In this document: positions 52,001-64,000 of the stretch, piece by piece
Layout of the letters: each line of letters starts with the position of its first letter
Numbering within the stretch: position 1 is the first letter of the stretch
Assembly: GCA_030248215.1 (NCBI GenBank)
Contig: JASANG010000753.1
Location: 248,001 to 312,000, forward strand
DNA: 64,000 bases
DNA from: Enoplolaimus lenunculus
Lineage: Eukaryota
Reading direction: 5' to 3'
Program-made: the position numbers and the translations under genes
The notes under the pieces: model-generated
Seen by the model: the letters and a program-made list of their open reading frames with translations, nothing else
Database searches by the model: none
What the model was told of the DNA's origin: nothing

Positions 52001-52070
52001 ATTGTGGGCACGATTGAATATGTAATACTGTTATTTCAGACAGTATTACATATTCGATCGTGTCCACAAT
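52001..52070 (+). other. 70-nt hairpin (31-bp stem, 8-nt loop)
   Basis: Arms 52001-52031 and 52040-52070; only two non-Watson-Crick pairs, both G:U on the + strand. Confidence 0.85.
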
Positions 52071-52286
52071 ACTACCTTGTACCCTACGCAAATTACTTAG
52101 CTAATACAATTACACGTCAGCATAATTAGTAATTACCAATTAATACACTACAAACGCATTTTAATAGCTCCTGGTCGAAATTTTAAATTTTACAAAATTA
52201 CTTAGCTACGTAATTGACTTTATTCGCAAATTTAAAATTTTTTCAAATTCAAGTCCCGATGCGAAGGATTCCGCCGGACGCCTGCC

Positions 52287-52862
52287 ATGGATCACTTTTA
52301 TGGCATGGATCGTAAACATGCGTTTTCAATTATGGCCGACGTTGTTGAAGAATTAATGCGCGGACTGCGCACGCTGGAAGATATACGATCGACGCTAAGG
52401 ACCGTTGAACTCTGCGTCCTTGCAATGACTTTTCTTACTTATGCAGTTGTTATTCTGGGTTTAATGATTGGATTAGCGTATGCGTTCAGTAGACGGTCAG
52501 TGTGTAACACAGATAGGCATTCTTCGGACATTTTATACGCTCAAATGGCATCTTCACGCAATAGTCTACGCGGAGGCGGGACTGGGAGTGAATTTATTCA
52601 TCACGGTAGGACAAATAGTGCCACGGTGACGCCAACAACAGCGATTCTCGGCGGTGCCGGTCATTCTAGCGGAAGGCATTCGTCGTTTGGTATGAGAGAT
52701 AGCGCAGTGGTACACTCGCCTCATGCAAACGCTACCACCGCTCACTTCCGGAGTAGTAGCGCATCCGGACGGACAGGACCGGATACGATTCGTTTTAATC
52801 CCATTCCGACAATTTCGCCAACCAAATCGCGACCAGGATCAAGCGCTGTGCCTCATATACAA
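52287..52862 (+). CDS. First coding exon of an uncharacterised single-pass membrane protein
   Basis: gccATGg start; 192 codons; one hydrophobic segment (CVLAMTFLTYAVVILGLMIGLAYAF) followed by RR; S/G/H/T-rich tail; phase-0 GTAAGC donor at 52863; higher GC than flanks. Confidence 0.8.
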
Positions 52863-55800
52863 GTAAGCAAGGACGTAGTTGTTGTTGTTGTTGTTTTTGC
52901 TGTTTTATTTTATTTCTAAGCTTTAACACACTTAGGAAGCCTTTAATATATCATAACAAACTAATAATTGCTATTGCTTGGTTTGCTGTGAAACGTCGCA
53001 AAGGCTGGACCTGTGACCACATCGGGGCGCCCGGTTAGCTCAACCTCCTTTTGCGAAACATTTTGAATGGCTTTGAAAAATATTTTTTGCCACCGTTTGT
53101 GAGGCAGTCTAAAATTGCGGTGAACATGAAATTTTTTCTGATCCCTCCTATTTGTATTGAACTCGATACGGGTATACGTCTTATACATGCAAAAATAGGG
53201 AATATTTGTTATAAAATTCCTTGAAGATACAGGGGTACAGCACTTTAAACGGGGTGTAGAATCTAAACGGGGGGTAGAATCTTTCATTTCAAACTGAAAT
53301 TTATGTTTGGTTAAATTTTAAACGCTATTATACCTTCGCGAAACGAAATCTTGGTTCGCATACCTGGCTACAGGCGTGTCTATAGAAGTGATTTTTAGTA
53401 GTTTAGGTGTCTTACTAGTGGCCCATGTTACATTTAGTTTTTGGGTCGTTTTGGTCTATGATGGGTCTATAAAATAGTAGGTTTAGACTCTAGACATTTT
53501 TTCGCTTAGGTATGAGATGAGGAATATACTTTTTGCAACGCTTAGGCTTAGGAATATGCTTAATCTACACGGCCCTAAAACTAACAATGGTCGTATTAGC
53601 TATATAATTAATAGCACAGGATTGGCCGTTAATAAATTTAGCCAAACTGGTGTTATAATATTAATAGGTATATTTATGTACAAGAAACCTGTAGGAAGAA
53701 CCAAGAAACAAGTGCTAGCGTTAATTTTAAATAAATCTAATGCCGGCACACCCTACGGCCCAGCCTTCAATAAGTACAGCTTAATATTGCTAAAATATAT
53801 TTTCTCCGAGTGGGGCGGAATAAATATTGAAACCAACCGCAGTCATTATAGCTGAGCTTGTTAGCGTAACATAGACTACGGACTTGGATCTGAGGTGTGA
53901 TTTGGCCTGAAACCTATAAAATAATCATTTTTTAATCTTAATTTAAACTGGTCATTTGTGTTGAATTCGGTGTTTGATAGCAAGCAACTTTCTTCTTGTA
54001 AGCATTTAATATTTAATACTTCTAACTTTTTACCAAAGATAGTGATTTTAGAATTCGAATGTCAGTATTAACCATTCATTATTCTGCTTGTTACTTTGAC
54101 GGGGCGAAACGTTTTTCTGCAAAACTGCAATAGAGTAAGCTTACGCGTTAGACTATTTTTTGCTTAGGCTTAGGCTTAAGCCTAGGTTTATGGTTTATCC
54201 TTACGCTAGAAGCTTAGGCGAGGAATATTTGAATACAATTTTTACGCCCTCGCAGTTGGCCATGAAAGCTGCCCTGAAATGTTCGGTTAGCAACAATTTT
54301 GTCAATGTAACCACTTAAACTCTCATAATTCCTATGTTAATAGCACGATAGGCCCATGCAGAGATCACAGTTTTTCTGCGGGGACTGCAATATCGCAAGC
54401 TTAAGCTTTAGACTAATCTTTTTTGTTTATACTTAGGCTTAGAATTGAAGGTTTTTCTTACGCATAGGCTTTGGCTTTGGCGTCGGAGTATGTTTAATAC
54501 ATATACTACTGTTATACGGCCCTGTTCTATACATTAGTCACACGATGTTCAATTGAAAAAACACTCCAATCATAGCATTTTTTTATCTTCCCCATTGTAA
54601 ACTCTGAGCGATCAGAAACAAAAATCACCATGCGCTATTGTCAGTATCCTGAAGGGGTGCATGGTAGAGCTCAGCCCCACAGCATCCTTTCGCCCCCCAT
54701 AGAAAATTTTCGGTCCCAATCATGCGTAATTTATGCATGTCCATTTCGAAAAATTTTTGATCCACTCCATAAAATATTAAGCTGGCTACGGTGTCTGTAT
54801 ATGCTTATAAGAGTGTTAACCTAAACTTTACTGAGGTGTTTCAATTGTGATCGCAGATAAACTGAACAAACTGAAATGGATTCTTCATGGTGAGATATTG
54901 AAATTTACCTGTTGTTCACAATGCACCAATAACGTAGTGATAATACAATTTCACAGTTAGATGTTTTATTTATTAATCCGCACAAATATATGTATGGCCG
55001 GAGCAGCCACCCCCCATACCCCCATTTGGGGCCCCTCACCCCTAAAGGTGCCGTGACCCTAACCGGTTGAAACAAAAACCGCCAAAGTTTTTAAATGCGT
55101 CTGACTTCTCGCTCGCAAGTTTGGCGGCTCCCTAGCTGAAGTTTGGTGGAGCTCTAACCCCTGTCTGCTCCGGCACTGTATATATATACATATATGTATG
55201 TATATATGTATGTATGTATATCTATATATCAGGGTACAACCAAAGATCTACCTCCGCAGCGCCGGATTAAATGGGGGCCTGGGGCGCTCGGGCCCCGGCC
55301 CCCCACTAAAAGGGGGCCTCCCACCAACCGAAAATCGACGATATGTTTCAATTGATAACAAGCCAACAAAAAAATTTTTGCGGACCACGAAGTTATACAA
55401 TGTGTGAAACATTTCATTGGGTAGCCGTCTCGGACCTGTTTACGGCGGCTTTAACAACACCTAACGCAGTATTTGCTAAAATTACAATGTCAAACATCAT
55501 TTTAACTGCCTAATTTCGCCTCATCGTCCGCTTCAGTTCCGGCTCCGGATAATTGATACACCGTGATATATATCTATATATAATATATATGTATACATAT
55601 ATATCGTGTCACAAACACCTATTTTAGTCCCGCTGGAAACTATTCGGAGCCAAATATGCTATGTGTTGACCAGATTAGGCAAATAAGGACTAAAACCTAT
55701 TTTGATTTGACAAAGATATACAGAAAATGTAATAATTTTCGCTGAATCGTTTTAATTGGTTGAAAGGTGTTGTTACAGTAATTTTTTAACTTCCCTGAAC

Positions 55801-56875
55801 AACAATTAAGACCGTCAGGTTTCTAGCTGATTGGTGAAATAGGCGATTAGGTGCATTACCACGGCACTGCTAGCTATCGTTTTGAGCTTTTTTCAAAGCT
55901 TAAATTTGAGAATCTAATCAAAGAATATATTTCATAAAGCGAAATATCGTAACCCGAAAGCCTGACTTAGTCACATTTATTGCCGATTTACCCAAAATTT
56001 ACCATGATATCTCGGACAACAAGTTACCCCCATTTGGCAAATGATCTTTCCCAAATTTATACCGATTGCTGTTAGGGGTGACCCTGACAAGTACGTAATT
56101 TAGCAATGGATCAACGTTCAACTATTAATATTACTACAACAAATAGCTGGGTTCTTATATAGCGTTTCCCACCCAATTTACGTTTAGGCTCAGGTTTATT
56201 CTAGGGCCTATAGCATTATAGTTAGGCTAGGAAAACGCTTAGTGATGCCTAAAACCTAAACTTAAGCCTTTAAAGATCCATTGCTTTTAAGCTTTAGTCT
56301 GAAGCCAAGTCGAAGCGTAAGGGTTGTGCTGTATTCGCAGAACGCCGCCGCTTGCCGCGCTTAGAGTTGTGCTCTACTGTACTGAGCCGGACGCCGGTGA
56401 GCGCCGTCGCACGCCGCCGTGCGATAATTTTTAGTAAAATTTCACAGCGGCGCGCGGCGGCGTTTGGCGGCGCGCGGCGGCGTTTGGCGGCGCGCGGTGA
56501 GTATAGCGCAACCTTATGGTTACGCTATACTTGTCGTACAGCGCCGTTCGTTACCGTCCGTCAGCCGTACGATACCGGAGCGTCACTCTCCGTCACCATG
56601 CGGTATTGTGCGTTAATTCGCGAACAATACCGCACGATGACGCACGGTGATGGACGGTGCCGTGCGGTGACGGATGGCTCCGTACTGGTGACTGACGGTG
56701 GCGGACGGCATTGAAAAGAATTAAAAAGTATAGCGCAAACCTAAGCCTGATTTGTGGCTGGCGGTGAGTATAGAAGTGCCTAAAATTTGCAAATGTTACT
56801 TTTGTAAATGATTTTTAATTCATCACAGTTTTATTAATATTAATACTTCACAAATTTAAAATATTAATATTTCAG

Positions 56876-56917
56876 AGCGATCCGAAATGCATTCGAAATT
56901 TACTTGACTCCATTTGA
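56876..56917 (+). CDS. Candidate terminal exon of the 52287 gene (SDPKCIRNLLDSI*)
   Basis: Strong ATTTCAG acceptor after an AT-rich tract; phase 0 matches the donor at 52863. Confidence 0.45.
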   Translation, partial: SDPKCIRNLLDSI

Positions 56918-57529
56918 GAGTAGTTGTGGTTGGAAGTGGCCAATTTTTTTCGTAGGCAAAAATATAATTAATTTGGTCGTTTTTTGGTGCGTTTGAAAAC
57001 GTTTGTGTGTTTCCCATTTGTTGTATTGCCTGTGCCTGAAAGTTGTCCAGGGACGTGGCTTTGGATTACCCGGACGTCTTATGTAAAACGCTAATGAAAA
57101 CGAAGAAATTTTGTAAAATTCTGCAAAATTTTACTACCAAAATTCCCGGAGTCGGAGCCAGAGGTGAAGCCCCGGAGAAGTTGCAATAATTTTTTTACGA
57201 AATTTCGACAATTGTTTTGTCATAATTGTACCAAAAGTTAAAGCAAAACACAAAAACAATGAAATTTTTACATTCTGCAAAATTTTACTGCCAAAATTGC
57301 CGGAGACTCCGATAGAAACTCCATGGAGCCGGAACCGGAAGCCGATTTTGGTTTTTGGGGAATGACCTAATGGCACGGCCCTGTTAGCCTGGGTATGAAT
57401 GTGTATTTCCACGTGCTATTTGTGTGAATGGCTCTGTTTTTTGGCTTGGTTCAAATTCTGCTTCTTTTCTCATCATCCTTTAAGCCAGGTTTCTTGCTAG
57501 AAATAGACAAGAAGAGGTTCAGCTGCATC

Positions 57530-57940
57530 TGACAAATTTTAACAAGTTCTATAAAATTTGAGCAAAATTTTAACCAGTTCTGTAAAATTTGAGAAAAATT
57601 TTAACCAGTTGTGTAAAATTTGAGAAAAATTTTAATCAGTTCTGTAAAATTTGAGAAAAATTTTAACGAGTTAAATTTGAGAAAAAATTAAACAAACCAA
57701 TTCTGTAAAATTTGAGAAAAATTTTAACCAGTTCTGTAAAATTTGAGAAAAAATTTTAACCAGTTCTATAAAATTTGAGAAATTTTTTTACCCATTCTGT
57801 AAAATTTGAGAATAAATTTTAACCAGTTTGTAAAATTTGAGAAAAATTTTAACCAGTTGTGTAAAATTTGAGAAAAATATTAACCAGTTTGTAAAATTTG
57901 AGAAAAATTTTAACCAGTTCTGTAAAATTTGAAAAAAATT
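57530..57940. repeat. About 31-bp AT-rich minisatellite (about 13 units)
   Basis: Unit AAATTTTAACCAGTTCTGTAAAATTTGAGAA. Confidence 0.92.
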
Positions 57941-60900
57941 TCAGTAAGAAAATATAGTTCCTAACAAACTTGTTATACCCTACTACATATATGCATTGTA
58001 TAAAACCACAACTTGTAGATAAAAATAAACTCAAATTGATGAGTAGGTATGACCCGAGGATTAATCCCTAACTTCTAAGCAAGTATGTGTGCTCCAAGGT
58101 TTGAACCAAATTTATAATCATTATGTAAAACCCCAAAACCCTTTTAACTGCTGTTACCTTCATGAACCGTTATTCTTGAATATACGGTATACCGTATGTA
58201 GGACCGGTGTTGCCATCCCACATGCCCCCAATTCGGGGGGGGCGCCCCAAATAGAGGCCCCACCTGAAACAAGACTGCAAACAAAGAATTGGAAAAATAT
58301 TTTGAACCATCGCAAAGGGGCCATCTATCCCGGAATTTTGGAGGGCGTCTTCCTAGCCTGCTCCAGAAATTACCGTATGACCAACTAAAACCGCAAACTG
58401 TGTACATCAAATCAATGCAATGCGCAGTGTTTAACACTTTTTACGCGTATACACAACACAAAATCAATGTATTAAAGCAAGAACGCTCCACATACGTATT
58501 TTACTCAACGTTACAACAGAATTGTATATCCATAAGCAAATTTGCTTCTAATTTGTTATTTTTTCAATTGTCATAATTAAGTTTCAAAGTTTAAAAGTGC
58601 AGACTTGCTTGAACAAATCTTTCCAAACATATGCCAAGAAAGTTGTACATGTGTGCAACTACGGATTACTAGTTTTAACTATAACAGGCACCTGATGGTT
58701 CCTGCAAGTGACACTTAAATTACATTTGTATATTTGTACGGTACAGTTGGGGCCAATGTCGGAAACGGAAGAAATCTTAGACGATGACGATCGGGATAGA
58801 AGTAGTTCACCGGAAGTACCGCAATAAACTATCATCATTCAGTTGGTCACGCACACCACTTATAAACTGCAATACAACGCATTTGGCTGTTATGTAATGT
58901 ACGCTTAAACGCTGCATTTATACTGCATGGTGCAATCAAAATTAAGCCCTATTCACACGTCCATGTTTTTTGCAGCAAAAACTTACTGCAGCAAGTTGTA
59001 GATTTGCGAAAATACTTTCAAATATAACAATTTGAACGCATAAATTGCATCTGCAATTTCTCGCTGCAATAACTTGCACGTGTGAAGTGTGGCTTTAGAT
59101 TTGTTTTGTGTATTGCATGCATGGTTCGTGGATAGTTGGTGTATAGACTGTTTGTTCGGTGGTTAGTTGATTCAGTAGACTTTTAGGTAAATAATCTAGC
59201 ATTCTGGGTTATAATTAGGCATGTATATAGCGCATGTTGCAATTCGTTGCGTTACGTCCCATTCATACGAACAAGTTTTTGCAGCGACCACTCACAGCTG
59301 CAATTTGCACGTTCAAATTTTTGACACAAACCTTGCAGCTGCAACTTGCCCGAGCAAGTTTTCGCAGTGGGAACTTGTTCCAACAATGGTTTCTCCGAAA
59401 TCCCGTTACCAAACTGCGAAAATCAGGGGCGGAACGTATTTCTTTGAGACTGCAATAGCTTAAGCTTTAGACTAATTTTTTTTTGCTTTGCTTAGGCTTA
59501 GGTTTAGGCTTAGGAATATGCCTATAATACTGTTCCGCTCCTGTTCTTTATATTAGCCTGGAATTTTGACTCATTTTTAAAACTGGTGACGATTTTCTTT
59601 GTATCTTACGGGTTAAGTTCCGTCAGTTACTGTCTATAGCGTTTGATGTGGCTGCATCACTTTCAATAGTCATTTAGCTATGTAATTTTAGAATTTACAA
59701 TTTAGCGTCAAATATAAGTTTTTAAATAATTATTTAGTGCTTTTTTGCTAGAATTAAATCTAGTTATTTAGGCAACAAATATTGACGTGGATATGCTGCC
59801 ATATCAACTGCTTCAAGATCAAATGTTGACGTCATCGCATGAAGATGATGATGTCATAGAGACTGAATCAACTCAACAGAACATCAGTTAGGATCGTGTA
59901 AACGGTAATAGATTTTTCAACTTTCAAGTTAAGGCGTTGGAATAGCGCTAAGCGTACTTACGATACGTCACGGGGTCGCATGATTACGGCGACGTACGGT
60001 GCCAGACCTCATCAAAAGTATAGTACCACCCTAGTAAGTATTCTCAAATGTGTGTAGCACCTAAACCGAACACCAGCCGGCTGCCACTCAATTCTAGCAT
60101 ACTGTACTCTAAATGCTAGAACGGGGCCGGAACAGTAGTATAAGCATATTCCTAAGCCTAAGTCTAAGCGTAAGCATGAGCATATACTTAAGCCTAAGCG
60201 TAAGCCTAAGCGTATGAATGAGCCTATTCCTAAGCCTAAGCCTAAACCTAAGCCTAAGCAAAAAATTAGTCTAAAACTTAAAGTGACTCTATTATAGCCC
60301 GTCCGGAAAACGATCCGGCCCTGTTGTAAACATGGCTCGGTGACGCTATACTTTTCGAAAACTTGATCCTCATTCGTCCCCGTGAGTCGCCGCCCGCTAC
60401 CGTGCAGCATCGAACGTGAGTTGCCGTACGGCGCTCTGGTACGATGCTGCACAATAACCGACAAAGACGGACGGCGAAGTACGGCCGCAGGTGCGTGGCA
60501 AGTCTGCTGTAATATGTTTGCCAAGCATGTTGTTGTTACCGAAGCCACCTGCAAGAGGATCTTAAATTGATAGCGTATTTTGCTTATATGTTTGGTTTGT
60601 TATGTTCGTTAGCTTGCTTACATATATTGCTGTCCTGATTTTAACGTCATACGATCTCTCAATGGTCGACATTATAGCAGTAGACGCACCCATTTTATTT
60701 TTTCCACCGTAAGACTTCTTTAGCGCGCAGGCGTATGGAGTCGACAAACTGATGACTACGTTGTATAAGAATTGCGGCCAATGTAATAGAACAGTGCCGT
60801 TACAGTAATATAACCTTATTCCTAAGCCTAAGCCTAAGCCTAATGAACACAAATTAGCCAGTTGTGTGGAACGAAACCTGCTTAAAATGAAGTGTATTTT

Positions 60901-63473
60901 CTAAAATTTAAACTCACAACAATCTCGAGCCAAGTCGATATTCTACAGTTAAAAGCGAACACAATGTGGCGCTGACTAATCGGAGATCAAATATCGGTTC
61001 AACTTGCAAGGCACACATATCACCCACTGTATCACTGGCCCGTGATAGTACAAGGTTAATGGCACCATACCACCATATATTACAGTTGCTACGCATAACT
61101 GAAAATACGATTTTCAAAATGCAATCATTCTCGTTTGTGCAGACAAATATCGCAATTTTTGCACAAATCCAAGCCGAAAGTCTAAACATATGCCTGCATC
61201 CACAGTTACTGAAACGACCCAAATAAGAGGGGGGACTGATATTTATTTGGCCTATCCAGAAGGTACCCCCGTGTAATTTGATTACGGACTGTTATTTATT
61301 TTTAACCCGCTCTCCGCCGCCTTTCGTTACGGATATATATTCAGTATTGCATCTATTCGTTGAACAAAACGTTTGTCTTGTATCAAAAGCTTGAGTAATA
61401 ATGCAATACTTAGGAGTGTACTTTCAAAAGTTAAGTATGCATTAAAGTGTCGAACTCAACTTTAATTGGTCCTGAACTCATTTATGCACTGCAAGGTATA
61501 ATTGACATTTATGGACTCTAATTAGGGTTTAGTTACTCTATCCGCTTACGTACTCTTAAAGGATACGGACTCAAATTTATTGGTACTCAAAATGGGGACA
61601 CTCATCTTATTACTCCCCCTGTTATTCTAGTCACTACAGTAAGCGATTCAGAAAACCCAAAGCCATCAGTATAAGAAATCGTAACCTTGCGAATTCCATT
61701 TTCTGTTGCTATGAAAACATTCCTATATGCATGCGTTCATTATCGTTAATAGCTCTTGCGTTTTAGCTTCTGAAATATAAGCTTGAAATAAACGCGTACA
61801 AACTTTCTGCTAAACCCATAATGTCGATAATTAATTTTGCGCAACTGTACTGAATAAAGCCACCAATTTCAATTTTACAAAATTGAACTTAAATTTTAGC
61901 AACACAACAAAAAGTGTCAAAACTTCACCGTCAAAATTTATAGAATTTAAGTGTTTTAAACTTTACAAGAAATTGTTTAAATTTAAGAATTGTTCATATA
62001 ATTTTATGTAAAAAAAATATTCAAATTTTTACAAAAAATATCTTTTTGAAAAATAGAAATCGCTTCAAATTGCAAGAAAATTAATAAATAATCGTTTAAA
62101 ATTGAAGAAATTATTTTTTCAATTTCAGAAAAAAATATTTAAATTTTCAGAGAAAAAATATCTTTCTGAAAAAGAAAAAAATCGCTTCAATTTAAAAGGA
62201 AATTAATAAGAAATAATCGTTTTAAATGTAAATAAAAAAATAATTTTTTCAATTTAAAAAATTGTTTATATTTTCAGAAAAATTATTTTTAAAATTTAAA
62301 ATATGGTTTCAAATTAAATAAAAATGAAATTGTCTTAAACTAATATTACATAAATTATTTTAAAATTTCAGATTGACCAAGCATCACCAGATATGGACGA
62401 TTTTGACGAAGGAATGTCAATATCACAAGATATGGGCAGCATGAAAATGCTAGTGGACCGGTCCGTAGAGGCTGATGACGGGAGTCGGTGCCAAATAGTG
62501 CTAACCGAAGACGTCGTATAGCATTTCAGACCCCCAGTAATTGGCTGCTCTGGTGGACTTCCTGGATATTCGATTTCCCTTTATGGATCTCAGTCGCGTG
62601 TGTCCAAATTTAAAGCTTGTCTGCAGTTTGAACCTGCTGTTTTAGATATATTGTTTGATATTCGGCATAGTGGAAGGAATCGTATCAAACTTAAACCGCT
62701 ATTTGATCGGCCTTTAGTGTTTCGGCCAATGTATCCAACAGGGTCGTAACAGTAGTATACGCACATTCCTAAGACTAAGCCAAAATCGAAGCGCTAAAAT
62801 AAGCCTAAACCTAAGTGTAAGCCTAAACATAAAGTCTAATATTTTATGTCCCTGGTCTTTTACATGTGAGAAAGTTTCGAACAAAACTTCCTCGTAATTA
62901 TATATGGCAGCTACGAGTTTTCGTTGCAAGCTACAAGTTTTTTTACTGCAAACGCTTGCACGTGTGAATAGAGTTTAGTCGGTAAAACACTGTAAGCAGC
63001 AATCCTGCGAAAGTTGAAATTCTATCATTAACTGGAGATAGGTGCTATACACATTTGAAAATACGACTTGTTTTATTCTTGAAACTCATTACAGTCATTT
63101 CCCGTGTAAAGATCAGGGGCGGAACGTTTTTCTATGGGACTAGAAAAAAGTAGGCTTAAGGTATAGACCATTTTTTGCTTGGCTTAGGATTAGGCTTTGG
63201 CTTAGGCTTAGGAATATGTTCGTTCTCATGCTTAGGCTTAGGCTTAGCCTTTGGCTTAAGAATATGTTCGTTCTCATGCTAGGCTTAGGCTTAGGCTTTA
63301 GGCTTAAGAATAGGAATATGCTTATAATACTGTTCCGCCGCCTGTTCTTTAACATTGGCCATAATTTCAAACTCATGAATATATATACTCAAGATCTTTT
63401 TGATTTTACACATTTTAATATATTTTCTGAGTATTAATCGGCAGAGTGTGTGTAAAAAGAAATAGGTATTTAA

Positions 63474-63858
63474 AATAACCAAAAACGAATACGGATAATC
63501 ATCAGAATATTTACGGAAACAGATATTTAAGTCTTAATAAAATAAGCAAAAACGAATACGGATAATCATCAGAATATTTACGGAAACAGATATTTAAGTC
63601 TTAAAACTGAAACGATTTATTTATTCAACCAATCAAATTGAGGTATGCAAATATTCATCGAGCTTTCTAGAATTTTAAAGTTACGCCAACAGATATTTAA
63701 GTCTTAATAAAATAACCAAAAACGAATACGGATAATCATCAGAATATTTACGGAAACAGATATTTAAGTCTTAAAACTGAAACGATTTATTTATTCAACC
63801 AATCAAATTGAGGTATGCAAATATTCATCGAGCTTTCTAGAATTTTAAAGTTACGCCA
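63474..63858. repeat. Recent tandem duplications (about 67 bp and about 170 bp)
   Basis: AAAAACGAATACGGATAATCATCAGAATATTTACGG occurs three times; 63587-63688 is repeated at 63757-63858. Confidence 0.9.
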
Positions 63859-64000
63859 TTGGTCACTGAAAACTTGGATAACTGCGATAATCCTAGCGGC
63901 ACTAAAAGAGTAACCATCCAATCAATGTCTGTAAGCTGCACAAAGGATCCGTTAATATTGATCCATGTCTTTCAATTTGTATTCGCTTTCATAGTAAAAA

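Larger units (their letters stand above)
54351..63360. mobile_element. Dispersed family A copies: about 54351-54539, 59420-59558, 60110-60337 (-), 62724-62870 (-), 63100-63360
   Basis: Same TIR/core and TTAGGC arrays; span is not contiguous. Confidence 0.8.

Noticed and set aside
59772..62749. Genome-wide TAG reassignment
   Set aside because: The 1054-codon gene model and the 584-codon PLE ORF contain no in-frame TAG.

Overview
Eukaryotic (animal) DNA, AT-rich and very dense in transposons. TTTCAG-type splice acceptors and pervasive TTAGGC repeats suggest a nematode or relative (inference). Contents: (1) a Penelope-like retroelement ORF (RT + C-terminal GIY-YIG, 37-1791) ending at a (TA)n tract. 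(2) A + strand gene I reconstructed by hand as 21 exons (5472-26739, 1054 aa, all intron phases consistent): signal peptide - vWA - Ser/Thr linker - 5 Ig - vWA - Ig. All six Ig domains lack the canonical disulfide. (3) An orphan single-pass membrane protein gene from 52287, with several candidate downstream exons. (4) At least ten non-autonomous transposon families. The dominant ones are two sister MITEs (GG...CC ends, 8-bp TSD, roughly 30-35 copies or fragments) with a variable internal array of the telomere-type hexamer TTAGGC. Unrelated element families carry the same hexamer, and it has seeded 23-bp and 42-bp satellites. Other elements include a piggyBac-type MITE with a tRNA-like Pol III promoter, a complete 133-bp Helitron, and a 70-nt near-perfect hairpin. 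Most short ORFs in the track are repeat translations. All coordinates were read by eye; no database search was run.
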